DNA of 64,000 nt, taken from positions 32,001 to 96,000 of IMG/VR virus record IMGVR_UViG_3300036766_000416. One strand, given 5' to 3'. Positions within the stretch are counted from its first letter, which is position 1. Every line of letters begins with the position of its first letter. Position numbers and translations under genes: made by a program. The stretch comes from a virus. The notes under the pieces were generated by a model. The model did no database searches. It saw nothing but the letters and a program-made list of their open reading frames with translations, and was not told where the DNA came from. This document shows, one piece after another, positions 28,201 to 35,534 of the stretch.

Positions 28201-28507
28201 GACTAATGCGGGTATCTATGTTTACTATAAGATTCTCTCGTCTGACGACGTCGATGTATTTGACAATAAAGGTTATCAACTGATGACCGTTATTCGGGGT
28301 GCCACCAACGTATCCTTGAACCAAGATGACTGGAAGGATTTTGTTCATGCCCCAGGCTCCGATAACATCGCTGCGGACCGTGTTCAATATGGGTCATTCG
28401 TGAGCTTCAAATATTTTGCGATAAAAATTGTAATGACTTCAACGGACACCACGAAGGTGCCTCGCATCAGAGATTTCCGAGTTGTGGCGTTGCCTTCTCT
28501 CTCATAA
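22268..28507 (+). CDS. Large virion structural protein (DUF4815 / VrlC-like), 2079 aa
   Basis: PYFDDFDETKNYHKILYRP..VQSRELTQSQT; APGADRY; RRTNDQSG; RYTMRDIGTLEKRI..LEYYTSL; RFKNGILVDPF; DPLAQTF; FAIKIVM..PRIRDFRVVAL. Confidence 0.85.
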   Translation: MAIDLTQNPYFDDFDETKNYHKILYRPSFAVQSRELTQSQTILQDQIKKFGNHIFQNGSIVSGGQSMLETTATKYACIEDTDPTGNEIDVDNFIGQFIVDSANTGVRAYVIAGAAATLTSPTVLILKYTSGQTLNVANTMPIRTEDGLYSANLLSNVVSFTDVTSGNTLGNASVCSVDEGVFFVDGYFVQVSPQTVILNAFDNTPTYRIGLQIDEAIVDATEDASLLDPAQEATNFQAPGADRYQINLTLVKRSLTSTDDTKFIELIRVSNGTLTKKVVYPVYSALEETLARRTNDQSGSFTVRPFKIATVSHPTYANAYNIVVEPGKAYVQGYEFETIGPTVIKSERARTAANVTNYNTTIDYQNWLEVTRLAGPIPFKTLQAGVIHCVSTANIAVSNAAVASNTVIGTLRIRALDFQSGANASSIINSVWRAYTFDVDVGESATCNCGATGSANTMYLAPNFSSIANAYVGVKFTVTNHAGAALDETHTIGQYDGANNLATLQGTETFAFGTPTTATQFRLNFEFKDAECVVYANTTTNQHIFSTTMDVSSSSKEAFLIDRYEGAFLTDTGFNRSILELPYPTIADQTVVGGLPLTNTEYFGRKSYTGQSFTANVTTITSAAGITSAVNGSLSGSDAVDNILVVVKNNTGSPLGNNQVINFSSGNPDGNTVSVTTVSNTSTWIITVPNMNSAASADVYVKVKLPYSHVIGSLLRSKTARIANVASGLNSGGVQIPDTTGLVQWFSQGSGTLGAQITIYANSAAWLNLKDPSKAQSLFTADVSSLRKVIDVGTNVIEDGNVAIAADITNRYTLDNGQRDNSYDHASITLKPQSQGPTGNVVIYVDYFAHSGLGYLTVDSYISGNVSYANIPSYTSATTGQVFLLRDCIDFRPRRQDADFLGIFDEELFGISGLTFETDFSYYLARIDKIMLTKDRVFEVLSGVPSLFPVSPADKDNAMTLYTLVLPPFTATTKEIRQRYNDNRRYTMRDIGTLEKRISNLEYYTSLNLLEQTAKNQEITDDVGGNRFKNGILVDPFKGHSIGDVLNVDHICSVDPQNGELRPPFVPRSLFLSLVPTNSTNYARKGAFLTLPYTVRTLIDQSFSSQAINVNPFNTVSFIGQLQLDPTSDIWVDRDQAPDVNVNLEGDADAWEALAFTVNKSAANGTFGETTFGTIWNDWNTSFYGENKLSDRKIVPKNRGWLGPLGHYVPVYGNVLNRSTTEITQTRARSGVTSKFSTEVITESIGNKVKDVSVIPYIRSRGVLFVGKMFAPNTNLYAFFDETAVTNYCNRPNIVKVADNDVDYQDDYQDTETVRVWDPARGQNTAFGVVALSRNEPDYSNVSVINVTGGDDANIANAYFVHSTNSTFLIGETSGANSRISGYYHNAGFVTNPNVSSILLSHDIANSNNGISNTTIVGQTIYFTAGEGLGQSSVITSYNYITRNASFSPAVTVTPNTETAYSIGQFQSDYRGEFSGIFVIPSNDNTRFRTGDRQFTFVDSFSGNLEGSGTNGSVTYQASGLLETLENTIISTRVPVVQRTVLNQAKTTVTSKITDTVVGKIQVGYWDPLAQTFLVDQTFHPSGVMITGIRLLIKSTDPNIPMEIQLRPVVNGFPHSSQVIPGSDVVLNASDINLCSEESLAAVNAAGENPLDDGTLYTQIDFSGPVFLQQGAEYCVVLMANSVKYQVYVSRMGDKLLGTERLISSQPYLGVLFKSQNSTTWNPIQEEDLTFRLLYAEFDTSVQSNIEFQLSSSNAISANVPLDTFYISSGNLLLPNTSINALFASTTSTGVKEENRIIPLDENIYFDDTIGRRVATSTATSFKLRLLLSSLNEDISPIVDMDRLSLLAIENLVNNLPLTNNSLVVISSSNNWITAANLTVTISGGGGSGANAYIANTQIDSNNRVLANVVVDLSGSGYTTTPTVTITGNNTITANVQVVGEDRSSGGPAYARYITRKVTLADGLDAGDFRVFFEAYKPTNAGIYVYYKILSSDDVDVFDNKGYQLMTVIRGATNVSLNQDDWKDFVHAPGSDNIAADRVQYGSFVSFKYFAIKIVMTSTDTTKVPRIRDFRVVALPSLS

Positions 28508-28520
28508 GGATTTGAGGACC

Positions 28521-28760
28521 ATGCTAAATAATATTGTTCAGATTGAAAATAATCCCGATTTAGTGAGGGACATAGAATCGAAAGCGGTGTTGAGTGTCGA
28601 TGTATCGGGGTTATCGAGATACAAGGAAGCTCGCCGGCGCACACTTATGTCAAAACAAGAGATGATGGAGACGAAAATTCGTCTAGAACAAATAGAGCAA
28701 GAAATGACCTCATTGAAACGAATTGTGAATGAATTGTCGGTGTTGAGGAACGGGGTATAG
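28521..28760 (+). CDS. 79-aa coiled-coil protein of the kind that follows DUF4815 genes
   Basis: GAGGA RBS before ATG 28521. NNPDLVRDIESKAVL..coiled-coil C-terminus. Confidence 0.75.
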   Translation: MLNNIVQIENNPDLVRDIESKAVLSVDVSGLSRYKEARRRTLMSKQEMMETKIRLEQIEQEMTSLKRIVNELSVLRNGV

Positions 28761-28761
28761 T

Positions 28762-29481
28762 ATGGAAGAATCTTTTGTGTATTGTTGGACCGATCATATT
28801 AAAAATATGAAATATATTGGATACCATAAAGGTTCACCAGACGATGGTTATGTGTGTTCCTCTAATCCAATGACACTAGAATATGAGAAAAGACCTGAGG
28901 ATTTTACACGGAAGGTTCTGCGTAGTGGTCCGGCAAAAGATATGTATATTTTTGAAACTTGGATTCTGGGGGCCGTGGATGCACGAAACAACCCAGAGTA
29001 TTATAACATGCACAATAACGAGGCGCCTTTCTGGAACCAAGGTTCGGAAAAATATTCGTTAGCGCTAAGTATGGGACTCAAGAGACGATGGTCTAGTGAA
29101 GCGGCACGGATTGAGCAAGGAGAAAAAGCAAAAAATGGATGGGCCGACCCTGAAGTGAGGTCAAGACGTATGATGGGAATAAAGAAGCATTGTGATAACC
29201 CAGTTGTGCGAGCCCATAGGAGTGCGATTGCTAAGTCCTCTCCTAAATCTATACTTCAACGAGAACGAAATCATAGTGATCCCAGTCGTATAGCAAAACA
29301 TGCAGCGGCAATGGCAAGAACGTACCGTGTTAGGTGGCCTGATGGCAAGCAAGAAGTTGTTACGAATATGAGGGAATTCTGTAGAACACATGAACTCAAT
29401 GCGGGTAATATGATCCAGGTGTCCAAAGGACGCTACGCACATTCTAAAGGCCTTAAGGTTATAAAAGTGGAGACACTATGA
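28762..29481 (+). CDS. Free-standing GIY-YIG (Seg-like) homing endonuclease
   Basis: FVYCWTD..KYIGYHKG..GYVCSS; E..ILGAVDA..YYN; C-terminal NUMOD1-like EFCRTHELN. Confidence 0.8.
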   Translation: MEESFVYCWTDHIKNMKYIGYHKGSPDDGYVCSSNPMTLEYEKRPEDFTRKVLRSGPAKDMYIFETWILGAVDARNNPEYYNMHNNEAPFWNQGSEKYSLALSMGLKRRWSSEAARIEQGEKAKNGWADPEVRSRRMMGIKKHCDNPVVRAHRSAIAKSSPKSILQRERNHSDPSRIAKHAAAMARTYRVRWPDGKQEVVTNMREFCRTHELNAGNMIQVSKGRYAHSKGLKVIKVETL

Positions 29482-31784
29482 GCATTTCACAAATAACAAC
29501 TGCGAACACTTTCGGAATGTTGATTTCTGCTGTATCTGCCCTCATTAGTGTGAGTAATAATTTTACAGACGGACCACAATCTCAAACGGGTTCAACGTGG
29601 ACCTTCACCAATGCTAATGTCGGTGTCAATGTCATTGGCACATTATTGTCAACGAATGCCAACGTCGGTATCTTGAATTGCTCCAATGCCAATGTCACCA
29701 ATGAGACCATTGGTCGCTCGAATATCTCCACTGCGAACGTGACCGTAGCGAACGTGGTAGCTGCAACGATCACCGACCTCAATGCGACCCGTATCACCAC
29801 AGCCAATGCGAACGTCACCTTACTGTTACAAGTGGATGACAGAGCGAATATTTTCTCAGCCAATATTCAATCTGCGAACATCACAACCTTGGGTGTATCG
29901 TTTCTGTCAGCTTCGGAACTAACTCTAGCGGTCCTGAACGCCTCGTTTGCGAATATCACGACCTTGTCGGTCACCGGAACTTCTCAACACCAGGCTCTGG
30001 TAGCCACCCTAGTCACCACAGACAACTGCAATGTGAGAATTTTGAACGCGTCCACTGCGAATATTTCCAACCTCACGGCACCCACTGTCAATGCTTCATT
30101 TGCAAACCTCACAACGGCCTCTATAGGAACCTTAACAATCACCACTACAGCAGTGGGTACGGTGACCACCGGAATCTTGAATGCTTCATTTGCGAACATC
30201 ACCAGTGCGAACATTGTTGCTGCGAACATTGGGCAGGCAAATATCACACAGATGACAGGCACCACAATTACAACTCTCAATGTTTCCTCGTTGAATGTTA
30301 CGGCAATCACCAGCGCACCAACGATGGCCGGCAACCCTACTGCGAACCTGCATATTGCAACCAAGAATTATGCGGATACGGGCGCTGGTGGTAACGTGGT
30401 CTGGAAGAATACATTCTCCGCGAAGGGGGATCTTCCTGTTGGTAACGGGGTCAATACGTTCACGAACATTCAATCCGGTGTCAATGGGCAATCACTCATC
30501 GTTGATACTCAAACATCTTCTGGGTTGCGCTGGTCAAACACTGCACCTTCACAGAGCTTTCGTGGTCTTTCCTTACAGACGTCTGTCACCGATTTCAAAA
30601 ATTCTAACGCCAATAATATCATTCTTGAACATGTTGATGAAATTACAATGGACGATGGAGAACTCGTTAGAGGTTGGACAGACAAGAGTGTGATTATCAA
30701 TACAGCAAACTCCGGCGTGGGTGGCCTAGACACCGGCACAATGTTAGCGAACACCTGGTATGAAATCTATGCGATTCGTAAACGTTCAGATGGCACAAAG
30801 GGGTTCATCATTCATCGTGCCTTGGATCGTTATGTTGATCAGAATACTGCTGGTGTCGCACAGTTCGCGCACAACGCCACAGTGCAGGTCAATCGAGTCA
30901 CCGCCCCAAATGTCAGAGTGGCACAGAGTTTTGTAGCGAACGTATCAGGTCCCTTGACAAGTTTTGAAATGAGAATGTTCAAGACTGGAACTCCAACCGG
31001 CAATGTGTGGATACAACTTCATGCTAATACCGCAGGAGACCCCGGGGCAAGTGCCCTTGCGATCAGTCGAAAATATGATGTGGCACGTATGGTAATCACA
31101 ACTCATTATCCAATACGATTTGTGTTTGATGTAACAGCCAACGTGGTCGCAACAACGAGCTATTTTGCTGTTGCTCAAACTGACTTTACAGCCAGTGACA
31201 CAAATCATATAACTTTGGAAGCCTCCTCAACTGACTATTTCAACGGAGTGGTGAAGGGGAATACGGGGGCATCGTGGGTCGATCTCTCACCTGGTATAGG
31301 TACTTTGATTTTCAAGGAGTACGTTGAAGCCAATAGCACTTCGTTGACATTCCCTGCTGGGTATGACCAGAAGTGTTTGGTTGGATATACTGCCACTGAT
31401 CAGGCCGGAAAACTTCGAGAATTTACGCAACGAGATAGGAAAATTATGTGCCCCCTCACTGCTCAATGGATGGGTTTTGCATCTATAGGTACTGAGAAGG
31501 AAGTGTCGGACCTTACGACTGTCCTGCCTCCGACTACTGCTGAAGTTATGTTTATGATAGTTGGTGGAACAGCAAGTCCTCAGGCTATGTCATTGGGAAG
31601 GCTTCATGCTATCGATCTGACTGCTGTTACCATAGCAGACACCTTGGGAGGTATCGTGTGGTGTCAGGCTAGTGGAGGCACAACCATATCACCCACACCT
31701 CCAATATGGGTTGAGCATCAGGCTCTCAATATGCGTGTTCAGACCGCTGCTGGTAAGCTCTATCCAGTATCGATCACATTCTAA
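29478..31784 (+). CDS. Fibre / receptor-binding protein, paralog 1 of 4, with a 5-residue periodic (xAN[IV]T) shaft
   Basis: IATKNYAD; KGDLPVG; GGLDTG..WYEIYAIR; VAQSFV..; GYDQKCL, shared with the next three ORFs. Confidence 0.75.
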   Translation: MSISQITTANTFGMLISAVSALISVSNNFTDGPQSQTGSTWTFTNANVGVNVIGTLLSTNANVGILNCSNANVTNETIGRSNISTANVTVANVVAATITDLNATRITTANANVTLLLQVDDRANIFSANIQSANITTLGVSFLSASELTLAVLNASFANITTLSVTGTSQHQALVATLVTTDNCNVRILNASTANISNLTAPTVNASFANLTTASIGTLTITTTAVGTVTTGILNASFANITSANIVAANIGQANITQMTGTTITTLNVSSLNVTAITSAPTMAGNPTANLHIATKNYADTGAGGNVVWKNTFSAKGDLPVGNGVNTFTNIQSGVNGQSLIVDTQTSSGLRWSNTAPSQSFRGLSLQTSVTDFKNSNANNIILEHVDEITMDDGELVRGWTDKSVIINTANSGVGGLDTGTMLANTWYEIYAIRKRSDGTKGFIIHRALDRYVDQNTAGVAQFAHNATVQVNRVTAPNVRVAQSFVANVSGPLTSFEMRMFKTGTPTGNVWIQLHANTAGDPGASALAISRKYDVARMVITTHYPIRFVFDVTANVVATTSYFAVAQTDFTASDTNHITLEASSTDYFNGVVKGNTGASWVDLSPGIGTLIFKEYVEANSTSLTFPAGYDQKCLVGYTATDQAGKLREFTQRDRKIMCPLTAQWMGFASIGTEKEVSDLTTVLPPTTAEVMFMIVGGTASPQAMSLGRLHAIDLTAVTIADTLGGIVWCQASGGTTISPTPPIWVEHQALNMRVQTAAGKLYPVSITF

Positions 31785-31792
31785 ATGTGACT

Positions 31793-31800
31793 TATAAATA
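31793..31800 (+). promoter_or_regulatory. Late promoter TATAAATA, 9 nt before ATG 31810
   Basis: Exact consensus, no SD sequence. Confidence 0.85.
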
Positions 31801-31809
31801 CCTTTCACT

Positions 31810-33711
31810 ATGTTTATATGGAATTCCAACCCAAATCCTCCTCCAGTTGTACCCGCACCGGTCATTGGCCCGGATGAGGTTTCCTTTGATGTTCATGTAG
31901 TCGCCAATACTGTCAATGTCCATGGTCTAGTCATTGGTACTCTTTCCTATAATACTGCAAACGAGGGGTATGATGTTATCTATGAACTCCCCTCACTGAA
32001 CGTTCGAAATCTCCACGCACAAACTCTCACAGCAATCCGAGCAACGATCAACTCAGCATTCATCAATACCGCTACTATCAATAACGCGACCATTAACACC
32101 GCAAACATATCCAGTGCGACCATCGCTAATGGAATAATGGGGGTGCACCCAGTTCAGAATCTTCAGATTGCGACGAAGGAGTATGTGGATACTCTCATAG
32201 CGAATTCTGTACCACAGGGTGGAAATTTACAGTTACTCATCATCGCTGCCGGCGACCTCCTGGTGGGTATTGCGGATAACACCGCGGAACGATTGCCCAT
32301 AGGAACATTAGATCGATCTGTGCTGATCGCTGGAAGTGACAGCAATACGGGGGTGCGCTGGAGCACTGGAACCAGGGGGTCTATCTCCACACACCGAGGC
32401 CTCTACATAGGAACGTCTTTTGATTCTCAACTGAGAAATACACATGTCGAATTGGTGACGGTGGATGAGGTAGTAATGGATGATGGTACGCGCATTTCGT
32501 CTGGTTGGAATGGATTAACAGCAGCGATTACCTCGAATGTCGCCACATCAGGAGTGGGATACATAGATACGGGGGTCGTTAAGGCGCAAACATGCTATGA
32601 AATATGGGGTGTTCGTAACAGTAGCAACGGGGCCCAGGGACTCGTGCTGCATCGTGCTATTGAGCGATTTGTTGATGTGTCATACCGGCCAACCATCGTC
32701 GCTGCGTTCCGAAAAATAAATTATGCGCTTGGAGTCGGTCTCACAACCTGTATCAATGCAGCCCAGAGCTTTGTCTCCACCAATACAGGTCCATTTACAT
32801 CGATAGAACTGACGATGTTCCGAGTGGGATCGCCGGTAGGGAATTGTTGGGTGACGCTTGAGGCGAACACTGGGGGAAATGCGAGCGGAGTACCATTGTC
32901 CACCAGTCGATACATGGATGCCGGTCGAATGCCCACTGATGCCACTGGGGGTCGAATTCGGTTTGTTTTTGATACCACGGCCAACGTCGTTTCTGGGAAT
33001 TCCTATTGGGGAGTCTTTCATGTGGATTATCCCCAGGCCTTTGTCGGAAATGAGAATCATCTTTCGTTGTGTGGAGTCGCCACTGAGGCGTTTGCGAACG
33101 GAACAGGAAAACAATTTAGTGCGAACACCAATACGTGGCAATCAGCGAACGCAAGTGCCCCAGCAATCGCCGACTTTTATATTCGAACATTTGTGGAAAG
33201 TTTCAACACCGATCTATTGATGCCAACGGGTTATGACCAGAAATGTCTACTCAGTTACATGTCAACCTCTGGTAATGCCGGAGGTTTTGGTGTCGTCGTG
33301 TCGGAGTATCACCAAAGGGGTACCAAAATTGAAACAAATTTTCATTATAACTGGGACATTAACTATAACTCAGCATTTGGTGGGGGTGCTAACCCCACCG
33401 ATGTGCAAACTGGGCTACTAGAAGTCTTGGATATGCGAAACTATGTACCCCCAGTTCCTTGCCTTGTGACATTTGCAGTGAGTTGTTATAGTGGCGTCCA
33501 TACGTTTACATGCGTGGGGGCTTTGTCCAGCACGGATATGGGAGGAACAGGAGGAACCCCCATAGTCATTGAGTCGAGCGGTCAGATATGTGCGAATATA
33601 CCCGCCTCTTCTCAGATGTTATTTGGACCGGTGCTTGTGGAACACCAATCTGTTGTACTTCGTACTCATGCGTCTACCACAACCTTCTGGACCGCTGAGG
33701 TGGAATACTAA
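31810..33711 (+). CDS. Fibre / receptor-binding protein, paralog 2 of 4
   Basis: FIWNSNPNPPP N-terminus; IATKEYVD; GDLLVG; AAQSF; GYDQKCL. Confidence 0.75.
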   Translation: MFIWNSNPNPPPVVPAPVIGPDEVSFDVHVVANTVNVHGLVIGTLSYNTANEGYDVIYELPSLNVRNLHAQTLTAIRATINSAFINTATINNATINTANISSATIANGIMGVHPVQNLQIATKEYVDTLIANSVPQGGNLQLLIIAAGDLLVGIADNTAERLPIGTLDRSVLIAGSDSNTGVRWSTGTRGSISTHRGLYIGTSFDSQLRNTHVELVTVDEVVMDDGTRISSGWNGLTAAITSNVATSGVGYIDTGVVKAQTCYEIWGVRNSSNGAQGLVLHRAIERFVDVSYRPTIVAAFRKINYALGVGLTTCINAAQSFVSTNTGPFTSIELTMFRVGSPVGNCWVTLEANTGGNASGVPLSTSRYMDAGRMPTDATGGRIRFVFDTTANVVSGNSYWGVFHVDYPQAFVGNENHLSLCGVATEAFANGTGKQFSANTNTWQSANASAPAIADFYIRTFVESFNTDLLMPTGYDQKCLLSYMSTSGNAGGFGVVVSEYHQRGTKIETNFHYNWDINYNSAFGGGANPTDVQTGLLEVLDMRNYVPPVPCLVTFAVSCYSGVHTFTCVGALSSTDMGGTGGTPIVIESSGQICANIPASSQMLFGPVLVEHQSVVLRTHASTTTFWTAEVEY

Positions 33712-33712
33712 C

Positions 33713-35518
33713 ATGCCGTTTATTTGGAATACCAACCCCAATCCTCCACCCCAGGTACCACCATTTGTCATTGGGTCAGACGAAATCACCTACAAAGCTC
33801 ATGTGGTTGCCAACGCGGTGAATGCCGGTGGCGAACTGTCCTACAACACACCTAATGTTGGGTTTGATATTGTCTATGAGCTTGATTCACTCAATGTCAG
33901 GAACCTGAGAGTCACGACACTGAATGGTTCTCAACTCACGATCAATACGGCGACCATCAACACCGCAAGTATCAATCGAGCCACAATCAACACCGCAAAT
34001 TTTACCAATGTATTCATCCAATATGGGTTCATGGGAGGCGACCCTACTTCAAATTTACAGATTGCTACAAAGCATTATGTCGATATTCAATCGGCCAACG
34101 TACCCGCCGGAGGCAGTGACCTACAAAATATCATTAATGCCCGAGGGGATTTATTAGTAGGAATTGCAGCCAATACTGCTGCCCGGCTTCCCGTGGGTTC
34201 CAATGGACAGATACTTATTGCTGATAGCACCTCCAACACAGGTCTACGATGGGCGACTGTCGCTGGCTTGACGTCCTTTAATAATTTATGGATACAGACG
34301 CACTACAATCTTGCAGTGAAAAATCACCAGGTACTTTTGAGACAGGCTGATGAGATTATTATGAATGACGGTTCTCGTGTAGCAGGGTGGTCCAACCTTG
34401 TTGCGGATATTACGGTATCGGGTGCAGGCGGGCTTGATATAGGTGTGGAGGAACCCTCGCATTGGTACGAGGTCTATGCGCTTCACGATAGCTCCAATGA
34501 TGTCGTGTCGCTGGTCCTTCACCGAGCACCTGAAACTCTTTTGGATCAGTCGCTTGTCACGACTACAGACAACGGAAGAAATGTGAGGAATGCCGCAGGA
34601 GGTGAATCGAAGATTGCACAGAGTTTTGTGCCGCTAGTTGCCGGCCCATTGACCAGCGTAGAGGTAGAGGTTAGCAGAGTGGGTTCACCAACGGGGTTGA
34701 TTTGGGTGACCTTGGAGACCGATGATGCTAATAATGTCGGATTCCCTAGTGGTAATGTACTAGCGACGAGCCGTGTGATGGACGTGGCACGACTCCCTAC
34801 AGATAAAGCCAGAATGCGGTTTCTATTCGACACAAATACATCTGTGTCGTTGAGCACGACGTACCATCTAGTGTATCAAGGTGATTATACTGTGAGTGGT
34901 GTGAACTACACAACGATATGGGGGATTGCTGCTGGTGGTTACACAAATGGTCGAGCCAATGAATTTCGTATTCCAACGTCAACCTGGAGACGCTGCACGG
35001 ACTCTGGTGGTCCTGCAGACCTTTGGTTCAAAACATTTGTGAAGGGTACTCCTGCCACCGAGGTTGTGTTACCTGTGAATTACGACCAATGGTGTCACAT
35101 TAGTTACGTGTATAACAATAGTGCCGGGCACTTCAAACCCTATGTTCAAAAAAACCGCAAAATCGTTGCATCGGTGTCGAGCGATTGGAGAGCCTTTACA
35201 GCGGTTACTGGACTCATTGAAGCGGTGGATTTGGGGACCTTTGTTCCTCCGGTGCCATGTGCGGTTCAATTTTATTTGTGGACTGCTCATGCGAGCCCTA
35301 ATGTCCCTAGCCCGATTGGTGGTGTGTCAAGCACTGATATGCTCATTACAGGAGGGACTTCTGTAGGATCAGTGACCGCCAACGTGAAGGGTCCAAGTGT
35401 AACCACCCGTGGTGTGTCTGTGGGTCCATATAATTATATGGTCGTCGAGGACCAGGTGATTCTCGCACGAATGCAGAATGTGGATTCACGTCTCTATTCG
35501 GTTGCCGTAAGTTTTTAA
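33713..35518 (+). CDS. Fibre / receptor-binding protein, paralog 3 of 4 (601 aa)
   Basis: True start MPFIWNTNPNPPP at 33713 by alignment with the paralogs. IATKHYVD; GDLLVG; IAQSF. Confidence 0.75.
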   Translation: MPFIWNTNPNPPPQVPPFVIGSDEITYKAHVVANAVNAGGELSYNTPNVGFDIVYELDSLNVRNLRVTTLNGSQLTINTATINTASINRATINTANFTNVFIQYGFMGGDPTSNLQIATKHYVDIQSANVPAGGSDLQNIINARGDLLVGIAANTAARLPVGSNGQILIADSTSNTGLRWATVAGLTSFNNLWIQTHYNLAVKNHQVLLRQADEIIMNDGSRVAGWSNLVADITVSGAGGLDIGVEEPSHWYEVYALHDSSNDVVSLVLHRAPETLLDQSLVTTTDNGRNVRNAAGGESKIAQSFVPLVAGPLTSVEVEVSRVGSPTGLIWVTLETDDANNVGFPSGNVLATSRVMDVARLPTDKARMRFLFDTNTSVSLSTTYHLVYQGDYTVSGVNYTTIWGIAAGGYTNGRANEFRIPTSTWRRCTDSGGPADLWFKTFVKGTPATEVVLPVNYDQWCHISYVYNNSAGHFKPYVQKNRKIVASVSSDWRAFTAVTGLIEAVDLGTFVPPVPCAVQFYLWTAHASPNVPSPIGGVSSTDMLITGGTSVGSVTANVKGPSVTTRGVSVGPYNYMVVEDQVILARMQNVDSRLYSVAVSF

Positions 35519-35534
35519 CTTTTATAGGAACGTT

